Origin: an uncultured Rivularia sp.
GTDB lineage: Bacteria; Cyanobacteriota; Cyanobacteriia; Cyanobacteriales; Nostocaceae
Direction: 5' to 3'
Assembly: GCA_963665115.1 (NCBI GenBank)
Contig: OY762007.1
Location: 3,616,001-3,680,000, forward strand
Length of the DNA: 64,000 nt
The notes below the pieces were generated by a model. It was not told the DNA's origin. It did no database searches and saw only the letters and a list, made by a program, of their open reading frames with translations. Positions 1 through 9,856 of this stretch are shown here, in pieces. Both the position numbers and the translations under genes were made by a program. Each line of letters begins with the position of its first letter. Position 1 is the stretch's first letter.

Positions 1-287
1 GTCAAGTAACTTCTATTAATGTAAGTAATGATGTAGTTCGCTTACTTTTAGGCGATTCTTTATTAAAACAGGGAAAAGTAGAGGAAGCTATTGAAAAGTA
101 TAAGGAAGTTATTGAACGCGCACCTAAAAAGGCTGATGCTTATTTGCGTTTAAGTCGAATTTATATGCAGCAAGATAAGCAATCGGAAGCAATTGAATAT
201 TTAAAACAAGCCAAAGAAGTATTACAAAAACGTCAGCCGGAAAAAGCGGAAGAAGTTGGTCAGTTGTTGGAAAAATTAAGTAAATAG
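1..287 (+). CDS. C-terminal part of a TPR-repeat protein (runs off the window start)
   Basis: Frame 3 is open from the window edge to TAG at 285-287. It reads ...LLLGDSLLKQGKVEEAIEKYKEVIERAPKKADAYLRLSRIYMQQDKQSEAIEYLKQA..., two TPR-like helical pairs. Confidence 0.75.
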   Translation, partial: QVTSINVSNDVVRLLLGDSLLKQGKVEEAIEKYKEVIERAPKKADAYLRLSRIYMQQDKQSEAIEYLKQAKEVLQKRQPEKAEEVGQLLEKLSK

Positions 288-386
288 GGGATTGGGGAGA
301 TAGAGAGATAAAAATAACTTTAACTTTAACTTTGACCTTTAACCTTTCTTCCCAATCTAAATCCAAAATCTAAAATCTAAAATCCT

Positions 387-1112
387 ATGAAAGCTAATGG
401 TAAAGTTTATCTTGTAGGTGCTGGACCAGGAGATGTTGATTATTTAACAGTAAAGGCTTATCGCTTATTAGCTAAAGCTGAGGTGTTGATTTATGATGCT
501 TTGGTGGACGAGGAATTACTGAAACTGGTACCGGATGATTGTCTCAATATCCATGTAGGTAAGCGCGGTGGTTTACCAAGTACGCCTCAATCGGAAATTA
601 ATGATTTATTAGTTAAATATTGTCAGCAAGGAAAGCTTGTTATTCGGCTGAAGTCCGGAGATCCGTTTATTTTTGGTCGCTGTATTTTAGAAATCCAGGC
701 TTTAACAAATGCTAATTGCGATTTTGAAGTTATTCCGGGAATTTCCTCGGCTTTAGCTGCACCTTTATTCGCAGGAATTCCGCTTACGGATGCGGTGATG
801 AGTAGATGCTTTGCTGTATTGAGCGCTCATCAACCTGATATTCTTGATTGGGAAGCACTTTCGAGGTTAGATACTCTGGTGTTGCTAATGGGTGGACAAC
901 ATCTCTGTGAAATTGTAGATCGATTAATTAGATATGGGAAAAATCAATCTACCCCAGTTGCGATTATTCGTAAAGCCGGTACCGTCAAACAACAAATATG
1001 GATTGGTACACTTTCCACAATTGTGGAACAAGTAAAGACAGTGCGTTTGTCTCCGGCAATAATTGTAATTGGAAAAGTGGTTGGGTATGCGAGTTTTTCT
1101 GAGAAAATATAA
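387..1112 (+). CDS. cobA: Uroporphyrinogen-III C-methyltransferase (SUMT)
   Basis: Motifs VYLVGAGPGD, YDALV, VGKRGG, RLKSGDPFIFGR and VIPGISS. Confidence 0.93.
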   Translation: MKANGKVYLVGAGPGDVDYLTVKAYRLLAKAEVLIYDALVDEELLKLVPDDCLNIHVGKRGGLPSTPQSEINDLLVKYCQQGKLVIRLKSGDPFIFGRCILEIQALTNANCDFEVIPGISSALAAPLFAGIPLTDAVMSRCFAVLSAHQPDILDWEALSRLDTLVLLMGGQHLCEIVDRLIRYGKNQSTPVAIIRKAGTVKQQIWIGTLSTIVEQVKTVRLSPAIIVIGKVVGYASFSEKI

Positions 1113-1116
1113 ATAG

Positions 1117-2008
1117 ATGCTTCCCTATTTTAGAGATGCTTTGCATTCTAAACCTATGTCATTAAATTCATCTTCCCAAGTTTCTCCAACAGTATCTCAG
1201 ACTCTACCTTTAAGTGGAAAAACTGTTCTAATTACTCGTTCGGTAGGACAGTCGAGTCAATTTACCCAAATGATTATAGCAGCAGGAGCCAATGCAATTG
1301 AAATGCCTGCATTAGAAATTTGTCCTCCTTCGAGTTGGGAGGCTTTAGATAACGCAATAGTTAATATATCCGAATTTGACTGGTTGATTCTGACTTCTAG
1401 TAACGGTATAAATTACTTTTTTGAGAGGTTAATGGCATTAGAAAAAGATGCGCGAACTTTGGCTAATCTGAAAATTGCTGTTGTGGGAGAGAAAACCGCT
1501 CAAATTCTAAAAAATCATAGTTTAAAACCAGATTTTATTCCGCCCAATTATATCGCCGATTCTTTAATAGAACATTTCCCAGAACAGCTTGATGGTAAAA
1601 AAGTTTTATTTCCTAGAGTCGAAAGTGGTGGAAGAGAAGACTTAATTAGAGAATTTAGAAATCAAGGAGCGGAAGTAACAGAAGTTGCAGCATATCAGTC
1701 TTGCTGCCCTAGTGAAATTCCTCCTTCGGCTGAATTAGCTTTGCAAAGTGGAAACATTGATGTAATTACTTTTGCTAGTTCAAAAACAGTCAAATTTTTT
1801 AATCAATTAGCAGAACAAGTATTTGCCGAATTATCACAAAACAATCAACCACCTGTAGTATCCAATTATTTAGAAGGAATTTGTATTGCTTCTATAGGGG
1901 CCTCAAACTTCTAAAGCTTGTCATAAATATTTTGGAAGAGTAGATGTTGAAGCTTCCGAATATACCTTGGAAGGGTTGACTCAAGCAATTATTGATTGGA
2001 CGGCTTGA
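1117..2008 (+). CDS. hemD: Uroporphyrinogen-III synthase, with a +1 frameshift near 1897-1900
   Basis: Motifs LSGKTVLITR, LTSSNG, AVVGEKTA and FASSKTV. Removing one G from GGGG at 1897-1900 restores IASIGPQTSKAC...EYTLEGLTQAI, ending at TGA 2006-2008. Confidence 0.88.
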
Positions 2009-2010
2009 GG

Positions 2011-2050
2011 TAATGGGTAATAGGTAATGGGTAATAGGTAATGGGTAATA
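2011..2050. repeat. Representative STRR heptamer tract (TAATGGG/TAATAGG)n
   Basis: Similar 7-mer tracts (GGGGATT, CCCAATG, TTATCAA, AACCTTT, CTCCTAA, CTGCTCA) occur at ~318, 2725, 4395, 6187, 7572, 7775, 7853, 31050, 40575, 45793 and 49033. Confidence 0.85.
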
Positions 2051-2134
2051 TATGTATATATCGAGACGATTGCCGATCTTTGGTAGATAATAGATAGTTA
2101 TCAATTAATCCCTATTCCTAATTACCTATAATTC

Positions 2135-2719
2135 ATGAAACGTGTAATCGGCTTAACTGGTGGTATTGCTACGGGTAAAACAACTGTTGCAGATTATTTA
2201 GCAAATTCTTATAACTTACCGATTTTAGATGCAGATATTTATGCTAGAGAAGCGGTTGCGGTTAATTCACCGCTTCTAGAGCAAATAGTCAAACGTCACG
2301 GAGAAGAAATATTACTAACTGATGGTAGCCTTAACCGAGAAAAGTTAGGTGAGATAATTTTTAACGATGAACAAGAACGCTTGTGGATAGATAGCTTGAT
2401 TCATCCCTACGTTGGCGATCGCCTTTCTCTAGGAATCAAAGAAACATCAGCAGAAACTCTAGTTGCAGTTGTGCCTTTATTATTTGAAGCCGGGATGACA
2501 GATTTAGTAACGGAAATTTGGGTAGTAACTTGTTCTAAAAAACAGCAGTTAGAAAGATTGATTCAGCGAAATCAACTAACCCTCGAACAAGCACAAGCAA
2601 GAATCAACAGTCAGATGCCGTTAACTGAGAAAACGAAAAAAGCTGACGTTGCTTTAGATAATAATTCAAATGTAGAAAAATTATTACAACAAGTAGATAT
2701 TGCCATATTTCGACAGTGA
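2135..2719 (+). CDS. coaE: Dephospho-CoA kinase
   Basis: P-loop IGLTGGIATGKTT plus LDAD, VPLLFE and RINSQMP. Confidence 0.95.
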   Translation: MKRVIGLTGGIATGKTTVADYLANSYNLPILDADIYAREAVAVNSPLLEQIVKRHGEEILLTDGSLNREKLGEIIFNDEQERLWIDSLIHPYVGDRLSLGIKETSAETLVAVVPLLFEAGMTDLVTEIWVVTCSKKQQLERLIQRNQLTLEQAQARINSQMPLTEKTKKADVALDNNSNVEKLLQQVDIAIFRQ

Positions 2720-2879
2720 ACAGTTATCAATTATCAATTATCAGTTATCAGTTATTAAGGTTTTTACTAACCGATCTGACTTGTTCATTGTTCATTGATA
2801 ATTGTTTTTAACCTTTTCAGTTACCAATTACCAATTATTCTACCCCCTCTACCCCCTCTTCCCCCTCTTCCCCATCTCC

Positions 2880-4277
2880 CTACCCAGCTTCTCCTCCCAC
2901 AACTACATTTTTTATCCTTAAACTTGGGCCACCGCAACCAACGGGTAAACCGTTTTGGCCGCCTTTTCCGCAACCACCAGATTCATCCCAGTAAAAGTCG
3001 TCTCCGATGGCTTCGATATCTTTTAAAGTTTGAAATACATTACCGGAAAGAGTTACGTCTTTGACGGGTTCGGCAATTTTACCGTTTCTAATCATCCATG
3101 CTTCACCAGCCCCAAAGGTGAACATTTCCCCATTAGTCATTCCACCCAACCAGTTTTTGGCGTAAACTCCTTCTTTTATCCCAGAAAATAAGTCATTTAC
3201 GGGAGTCTTACCTCTTTCTATCCAGGTGTTTGTCATTCTTACTATCGGAGCGTATTGATAACTAAGACAGCGAGAATTTCCTGTGGGAGTTTCGTTTAAT
3301 TTGCCTGCTGTTTCCCGAGAATGCAATCTTCCGACTAAAATTCCATCTTTGATTAATTGAGTGGTAGTTGCTGGGGTTCCTTCATCATCATAATAATAGC
3401 TGCCGCGATGTCCCTCTGGTGCGGCACCATCGAAAATCTGTAATTCTTCACTGCCAAACCGTCTTCCCAGAGTCATTACTTCCAAAACATCTGGGTTTTC
3501 ATAAGCCATATCTGCTTCGGAAAGATGTCCGAAAGCTTCATGTACAAATAAGCCGGTAAGAACTGGATCGATGACTACAGTATAAGTATTACCTTTGACA
3601 GAAGGTAGCGATAAAGCCTGTATAGCCCTACGTGCGGCGCTGGCAACTTGCTCGTCCAAACTGGTTAAATCTTCAAAAGCTTTGCGAGAGCCTGTGGTTT
3701 CTCTTCCGGTTTGCACGGTTTCGCCATTTCTAGCAGTTGCCGCAAAACGCATTTCCATATCCACCCAAGACTGTTCGATGAGCGTGCCTTCACTGGTAGC
3801 AATAATTACTTTCTGAGCGCTATCGCCATAGCGTACCGAGGTAGTGGTGATGCGATTATCTATACTTTTGAGTAAATCGGTGTATTTGTCGCACAAATCT
3901 TTCTTCTGACTCAAAGATATATTTCTAGGATCGGTACCCGTTAAAGGTAGTTCGCATACTGCTTGCACTGGATTTATAGGAGCTAATATAGTTTCTTCTT
4001 CTCCCACAATTCTTGCTGCTGCTATCGCTTCTTGAATGCGCTCTTCAATAGTGGCAAGATGATTAAAACTGCTTAATCCCCATCCACCCTTATAACAAGC
4101 CCTTACTTGTCCCCCAATTGAAATACATTCGCTCAGAGTTTCCACCTTATCGCCACGCAATATGATATCAGCCCCCTCAGCTTCCTCAAGGCGAATCATT
4201 AAATAATCAACTTTCTTAGAATAACGAGCGATTAAATCAGCAAGTAAATTTTGAGTATCAACAATTAAATTAGGCAT
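2880..4277 (-). CDS. tldD: TldD/PmbA-family metalloprotease (TldD type)
   Basis: HEAFGH zinc motif, DDEG, VRMTNT and C-terminal GGCGKGGQ...GGPSLR. Confidence 0.88.
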   Translation of the reverse strand: MPNLIVDTQNLLADLIARYSKKVDYLMIRLEEAEGADIILRGDKVETLSECISIGGQVRACYKGGWGLSSFNHLATIEERIQEAIAAARIVGEEETILAPINPVQAVCELPLTGTDPRNISLSQKKDLCDKYTDLLKSIDNRITTTSVRYGDSAQKVIIATSEGTLIEQSWVDMEMRFAATARNGETVQTGRETTGSRKAFEDLTSLDEQVASAARRAIQALSLPSVKGNTYTVVIDPVLTGLFVHEAFGHLSEADMAYENPDVLEVMTLGRRFGSEELQIFDGAAPEGHRGSYYYDDEGTPATTTQLIKDGILVGRLHSRETAGKLNETPTGNSRCLSYQYAPIVRMTNTWIERGKTPVNDLFSGIKEGVYAKNWLGGMTNGEMFTFGAGEAWMIRNGKIAEPVKDVTLSGNVFQTLKDIEAIGDDFYWDESGGCGKGGQNGLPVGCGGPSLRIKNVVVGGEAG

Positions 4278-4501
4278 TTTCTGGGAATTTTTAAGTCACT
4301 TATCTCTTCTAACACGAGATGGGGGTGAAGAGATGGGGAGAGGGGGGATGGGGAGACAAGGGGACAAGGAGAGAGTTAGGAGTTATATGATTTTAACTTT
4401 TAACTTTTAACCTTTAACCTGTGACCTTTAACCTTTGACCTATAATATCTAAATCTTAGAAAATGAAAATTAATTTTTTCGGGCAAATGAGGTAGTGACA
4501 A

Positions 4502-6133
4502 TTGCAAGAAACTATATCTATTCCTAATTCAAAGTCGTATTTATCGAAATTATTTACTTTTCTTAAACCTGTTCTCCCCGTTGCTGGGGTATTTTTTGTT
4601 ATATGTCTTGTACTGATATTGAATCGATATTTTAGCTTTTACGCATCTTTCGATCAAGGTATTTTCAATCAGGTTTTTTGGAATAATATCCACGGACGAT
4701 TTTTTCAAAGTTCTCTCTCTTCAAGTCTTTCCACTAATGTTGTTCACGCAAATGAAGTTCCTACGGTTTATTATCATCGGTTAGGTCAGCACTTTACTCC
4801 GGCGCTGTTACTTTGGGCACCTATATATGCATTGTTCCCGAATGCGGCGACTTTGGCGGTGTTGCTGGTAACGCTGATAACTGCTGGCGGTTTGATGCTT
4901 TATGTACTAGCACGTCAATATTTGGAACCTCCATTAGCAGTGGCGATCGCCGGTAGCTATTATGCAGCAAATGCTGTAATTGGGCCAACGTTATGTAATT
5001 TTCACGATATCAGTCAAATTCCGCTGTTTATTTTTACTTTGCTTTTGGCAATGGAGAAACGCTGGTGGTGGCTATTTTGGCTGATGGCTGGATTAATCGT
5101 TTTGGTACGAGAAGATGGGGGAGTTAGTTTATTTGGCGTTGGGGTTTACATGGTGTTGAGCAAACGCTTTCCTCGCAATGGATTAGCTGTTTGTATTTTC
5201 AGCTTTGGGTATATGCTGCTGCTAACAAACTTAATTATGCCGCTGTTTTCCGACGATATTTCTAAGCGGTTTATGTTAGAAAGATTTGGACAATATGTTG
5301 ATGGGGATGAAGCTACAACTTTAGATGTTATTTGGGGAATAGTCAGCAATCCGGTTCGATTGGTGGTAGAACTAGTTACCCCGGTAGATAGAACAACTCG
5401 GTATTTACTCGGTCAGTTCTTACCTTTTGCATTTATACCTGCAATTGCCCCTGCTTCTTGGAGTATCGCTGGATTTCCTTTATTAAAACTGCTTTTAGGT
5501 AAAGGAGAGTCAGTATTAGCAATTACCATTCGTTACGCATTAAGTGTAGTGCCGGGATTATGTTACGGTGCAATACTGTGGTGGGCAAAACATAAACAAG
5601 CATTTAAACCATCATTTCGTCGCTTTTGGATATTTTGTATTACTCTATCTTTAATATTTAGCTTTACATCAAATCCAAATCGCACCTTTTACTTTGCCAT
5701 CCCCGATTCAGTCGAACCTTGGGTACACGTTTCCTTACCGACACAATGGAATCACGTTAACAAAGGAATTCGTCCTTTATTAGCACAAATCCCTTCAGAT
5801 GCTAGCGTATCTGCAACCACTTATCTCGTACCTCACCTTTCAAATCGTCGGCAAATTCTTCGTTTACCGATGTTGGAATTGCGAAACGACAACCGCGAAG
5901 TCGTGAAAATGGATTATGCAATTGCTGACTTATGGCAATTACAAAAATATGCACCAGCATTTAGAGGTGATAGGGGTTTATTAAAACAGTTAATACAATT
6001 CGTAGATACAGTCACCAACGATGGAGAATACGGAATTATTGGTTTTGAAGATGGTGTGATTTTGTTGAAAAAAGATGCAGTTTCGGATAACAAAGCGGTT
6101 GAAGAGTGGGTGAAGTTTAGGGAGCAGGTTTAG
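4502..6133 (+). CDS. DUF2079-like multi-pass membrane protein (putative GT-C fold glycosyltransferase)
   Basis: FDQGIFNQ, LGQHFTP, NFH and RED motifs with many hydrophobic segments. The start codon is uncertain (TTG). Confidence 0.7.
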   Translation: MQETISIPNSKSYLSKLFTFLKPVLPVAGVFFVICLVLILNRYFSFYASFDQGIFNQVFWNNIHGRFFQSSLSSSLSTNVVHANEVPTVYYHRLGQHFTPALLLWAPIYALFPNAATLAVLLVTLITAGGLMLYVLARQYLEPPLAVAIAGSYYAANAVIGPTLCNFHDISQIPLFIFTLLLAMEKRWWWLFWLMAGLIVLVREDGGVSLFGVGVYMVLSKRFPRNGLAVCIFSFGYMLLLTNLIMPLFSDDISKRFMLERFGQYVDGDEATTLDVIWGIVSNPVRLVVELVTPVDRTTRYLLGQFLPFAFIPAIAPASWSIAGFPLLKLLLGKGESVLAITIRYALSVVPGLCYGAILWWAKHKQAFKPSFRRFWIFCITLSLIFSFTSNPNRTFYFAIPDSVEPWVHVSLPTQWNHVNKGIRPLLAQIPSDASVSATTYLVPHLSNRRQILRLPMLELRNDNREVVKMDYAIADLWQLQKYAPAFRGDRGLLKQLIQFVDTVTNDGEYGIIGFEDGVILLKKDAVSDNKAVEEWVKFREQV

Positions 6134-6382
6134 TCGAGAGGGGGGAGAGGGGGGAGATGGGGAAGAGGGGGAAGATGGGGAGAAAATTACCAATTACCAA
6201 TTACCAATTACCAATCCCCCATGCCCAATGCCCAATGCCCAATGCCCAATCCTTTCTGTCACCAAATTGTTACAATCAGCCAAAATTGAGTATTTATACT
6301 CCCGTCAAAATTGGCGATCGCACCTTTAATTATTTTAATCAGTCAAATAATTAAACTATTCGTAACGGCTTGGGATAAATAT

Positions 6383-7573
6383 ATGAAAATATTAGTATTA
6401 AGTTGGGAATTTCCACCTCGTATTGTTGGGGGAATTGCCCGTCATGTAGGGGAATTATATCCGGAATTAGTAAAGTTAGGGCATTCGGTTTACTTAATAA
6501 CGCCCGAATTTGGTGAAGCACCACTTTATGAGGAAGTTGAAGGAATCAAAATACATCGGGTACCTGTAGCTGATAGTAATGACTTTTTTCACTGGATTGT
6601 CAATATGAATCAAAGCATGGGGCGACAAGGTGGTAAATTGATGTTAGAAGAAGGGCCTTTCGATTTAATTCACGCTCATGATTGGTTGGTTGGAGATGCC
6701 GCAATCGCACTTAAGCATACTTTCAAAGTTCCTCTAATTGCTACCATCCACGCTACCGAATCGGGACGAAACAACGGTATTTACAACAATAATCAAAAGT
6801 ATATCCATCGTAAAGAAAACAAACTTACTTTTGAAGCTTGGCGAGTTATCGTCTGTACAAATTATATGCGTCGGGAAATAGAGCGATCGCTACACAGCCC
6901 TTGGGATAAAATTGATGTAATTTATAACGGTATCCGTGCCGAAAAGAAACAGCACGATAATCAGTTTTATACAGAAGATTTTCGCCGTAATTTTGCGGAA
7001 GATGACGAAAAAATAGTTTATTATGTTGGTCGGATGACCTATGAAAAAGGTATATCTGTATTATTAAATGCCGCTCCTCAAGTACTTGCGGAAATGAAAG
7101 GTAAAGTTAAATTTGTGATTATTGGTGGTGGCAATACCAGCCAGTTGAAAAAGCAAGCTTGGGATTTAGGAATTTGGCATAAATGCTATTTTACCGGCTT
7201 CATGGCTGACGAATACTTAGATAAATTTCAAACAATCGCCGACTGTGCAGTTTTTCCCAGCCTTTACGAACCCTTTGGTATAGTTGCATTAGAAAGTTTC
7301 GCTGCTAAAGTTCCAGTAGTAGTTTCCAATACTGGCGGTTTACCAGAAGTGGTTCAACATACGAAAACAGGAGTGATTACTCACATTAATAATCCAGATT
7401 CTTTAGCCTGGGGAATTTTAGAAGTATTGAAAAATCCCGGTTATTGTCAGTGGTTGAAAGATAACGCTTACGAAGATTTAGAAAAGCGGTTTAATTGGGC
7501 GAAAATTGGCAAGCAAACCGAAAGAGTTTATCAGCAGGTTGTTAAAGAGAGGAAGCAGGTTAGTTGGGAATAG
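6383..7573 (+). CDS. Glycosyltransferase family 4 protein
   Basis: Starts MKILVLSWEFPP, with HAHDW, TIHATE and PSLYEPFGIVALE (EX7E). The ATG at 6383 is preferred over the upstream TTG. Confidence 0.9.
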   Translation: MKILVLSWEFPPRIVGGIARHVGELYPELVKLGHSVYLITPEFGEAPLYEEVEGIKIHRVPVADSNDFFHWIVNMNQSMGRQGGKLMLEEGPFDLIHAHDWLVGDAAIALKHTFKVPLIATIHATESGRNNGIYNNNQKYIHRKENKLTFEAWRVIVCTNYMRREIERSLHSPWDKIDVIYNGIRAEKKQHDNQFYTEDFRRNFAEDDEKIVYYVGRMTYEKGISVLLNAAPQVLAEMKGKVKFVIIGGGNTSQLKKQAWDLGIWHKCYFTGFMADEYLDKFQTIADCAVFPSLYEPFGIVALESFAAKVPVVVSNTGGLPEVVQHTKTGVITHINNPDSLAWGILEVLKNPGYCQWLKDNAYEDLEKRFNWAKIGKQTERVYQQVVKERKQVSWE

Positions 7574-7645
7574 GGGATTGGGGATTGGGGATTGGGAATT
7601 GGGAATTGGGCATTGGGCATGGGAGCATCCCGAATATTTAAACTT

Positions 7646-8435
7646 GTAGTGCGAGCATCTTGCTCGCTGTATATATCGTAGTGCGAGCAAGATGCTCGCA
7701 CTACGATATATTTTTTTTAAATTGCGATACTCCTACTAAAGATGATTTAATAACTCCTAACTCTCTATTTCTAATTCCTAACTCCTAATTCCTAACTCCC
7801 AATCGCCTTTACCGCGCTAACATTATGTTGATAGAGAAAAAATATTTTAAATTGCTCACTGCTCACTGCTCACTGATAACTGTTCATTGATAATTGATAA
7901 TTGATATTATGTCTGATGCAAAAAATGTACTTGGAGAACAACTTCAGGTTTGCTGTACTTCTCCGATGACGGGATATTACCGCAATGGTGTATGCGATAC
8001 GGGTGCTGGTGATTTCGGGGCACATACTGTTTGTGCAGAGATGACGGAAGAATTTCTCACCTATACCAAGTCTATGGGAAATGATTTGAGTACGCCAAGA
8101 CCAATGTATGAGTTTCCGGGTTTAAAACCTGGGGATAAATGGTGTTTGTGTGCTTCTCGTTGGAAGGAAGCTATGGATGATGGAGTTGCACCGAAGGTGG
8201 TTTTATCGGCTACTCATGCATCTACGTTAGAGTATGCTTCTTTGGATGAATTGAAGCAGCACGCTGCGGATGTAGATTAGTTTGTAGTTGCGCTTTAGCG
8301 CCAAATCCGGATTAAGAAGCGCTAAAGCGCAACTACGAACAAAGAATCTTTATTCAACAAAATTTTTAATTTCTAATTTTAACCATCTGTATTCTTCCGC
8401 AGTTAGTGGAAGACGTAGCAGTGCTACGTCTCTAC
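7646..8435. repeat. Three GTAG-type REP palindromes around the DUF2237 gene (7646-7711, 8284-8336, 8411-8435)
   Basis: GTAGTGCGAGCATCTTGCTCGC, GTAGTTGCGCTTTAGCGC...GCGCTAAAGCGCAACTAC and AGACGTAGCAGTGCTACGTCTCTAC. All three families recur inside the 21.4-22.1 kb array. Confidence 0.8.
7909..8280 (+). CDS. DUF2237 family protein
   Basis: Motifs NVLG, C..PMTGYYRNG.C, GNDLSTP and PGDKWCLCASRW. Confidence 0.85.
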   Translation: MSDAKNVLGEQLQVCCTSPMTGYYRNGVCDTGAGDFGAHTVCAEMTEEFLTYTKSMGNDLSTPRPMYEFPGLKPGDKWCLCASRWKEAMDDGVAPKVVLSATHASTLEYASLDELKQHAADVD

Positions 8436-9769
8436 ATGATTAATTTTTTATTTACAAAACGATTAATTTCTGTTTTTAACCATGTACGTTCTGTTGAAGT
8501 TAAATTAAATGTAAGTGACATCCATGTATTTATAAATGGTTCTGTATGTATTGCTATTTTATGACGTTGATAGCACCAAGATAATAACCACTTTTCACAG
8601 TGAAAATAATATCGATTGTCATATTTATAAATATCAAGTGTAATACGCGATAAAGGGTGAAGCAAAAAGTTTTTAGATATTATGAATTTAAAGCTTAAAT
8701 GTCCCAGGATAAAAAATGTAATTATGAAAATCCAGTTATCAGTAATAAGGTTTATTATAGGGATATTTGAAATTGTCACTAGAAATGTTGATAATAATAA
8801 TCCATGAACTAGCAAGATAAACATTACTATAAAAAGCATAAAATTATTACGAAACTTACCTGGTGGAATTTCTATCTGTAATTCATTTTCACTTTTTCGC
8901 AGGCTGATAGGAGTTTCTTTTGGTTTATATGGTTTGTTGAGAGGATAATTATCAACCGATTTTTTTCCTTGGAGTACAGAATATGCAACGTTAGCATCAG
9001 GAAATCTTCTTTTTGCATCAGGTTCAAGTATTTTATCTAACCAGTTTGCAAAGTTTCGAGATACTTTAATTTGCTTCCTAAAATCTATTTTTAAATGCTT
9101 TTGCGGTAAGTCAGCAGGATGTTTTTTGGTTAGTAAATATAATAAAGTTGTTCCTAAACCATATAAATCTGTAGCTGGTAAAGCTTTAGAGCGAAATTGT
9201 TCGGGAGCCATATAGCCGAATGTTCCAACTACAGTACTTCCAGCGGTAATAGTATTGTGATAAGTATCGGTAACAGCGCCAAAGTCTACTAAGAAAACTT
9301 TGCCATTTCGATCGCGAATTATGTTTTCTGGTTTGATATCCCTATGAATAATAGGTGGTGAAAATGATTGTAAATAAATTAAAATACCTAAAATCTGAAT
9401 TGCTATAGTTTTAACTTCTTCTTCATCAGGATTCCAACCGTTTTCTATGAGTTTTTCCAGAGATTTACCCGGTGCTAGCTGTTGAGCAATATAAAAAGAA
9501 TTATCTGTATCTGTTTCTACTTGAAAATAGTTTAAATAGCGCGGAATTGCTGGGTGATTTAACTGAGAGAGAATTTGACTTTCTCTTTCAAATAATTCTA
9601 TTTTTTTCCAATCATTCATCCGACGCAGCGATAAAACTTTTAAAGCTAAATTTTGGTTAGTTTCTAAATCTTCAGATAAATAAGTAATTCCGATTCCACC
9701 TTGCCCTAAAGTATCTAAAATACGATACTTATGATTGACAATATCTCCTATTTTATGTATTAATTTCAT
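8432..9769 (-). CDS. Ser/Thr protein kinase with C-terminal transmembrane helices
   Basis: GQGGIG, ALK, HRDIKPEN, DFG and GYMAPE, with two hydrophobic segments near the C-terminus. Confidence 0.92.
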   Translation of the reverse strand: MKLIHKIGDIVNHKYRILDTLGQGGIGITYLSEDLETNQNLALKVLSLRRMNDWKKIELFERESQILSQLNHPAIPRYLNYFQVETDTDNSFYIAQQLAPGKSLEKLIENGWNPDEEEVKTIAIQILGILIYLQSFSPPIIHRDIKPENIIRDRNGKVFLVDFGAVTDTYHNTITAGSTVVGTFGYMAPEQFRSKALPATDLYGLGTTLLYLLTKKHPADLPQKHLKIDFRKQIKVSRNFANWLDKILEPDAKRRFPDANVAYSVLQGKKSVDNYPLNKPYKPKETPISLRKSENELQIEIPPGKFRNNFMLFIVMFILLVHGLLLSTFLVTISNIPIINLITDNWIFIITFFILGHLSFKFIISKNFLLHPLSRITLDIYKYDNRYYFHCEKWLLSWCYQRHKIAIHTEPFINTWMSLTFNLTSTERTWLKTEINRFVNKKLIM

Positions 9770-9856
9770 TTGATATCTTTGATAAATTATGAGCTATAGC
9801 TATATTTGGTACGTGCTTAGTATTGGTAAAAAAACTTTATTGTTACTGATGTTAAA

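Noticed and set aside
124..366. Short ORFs made of repeats or antisense to real genes (e.g. 124-366, 1892-2104, 2795-3064, 5990-6354, 7478-7690, 14730-15134, 21394-21897, 28003-28344, 34599-34781)
   Set aside because: They translate STRR/REP tracts (PITHY, PNPQSP, PPLPP) or shadow well-supported genes or RNA elements on the other strand.
2880..4277. RiPP/microcin maturation cluster around tldD
   Set aside because: No precursor peptide, YcaO or transporter lies nearby, and the neighbours are housekeeping genes.
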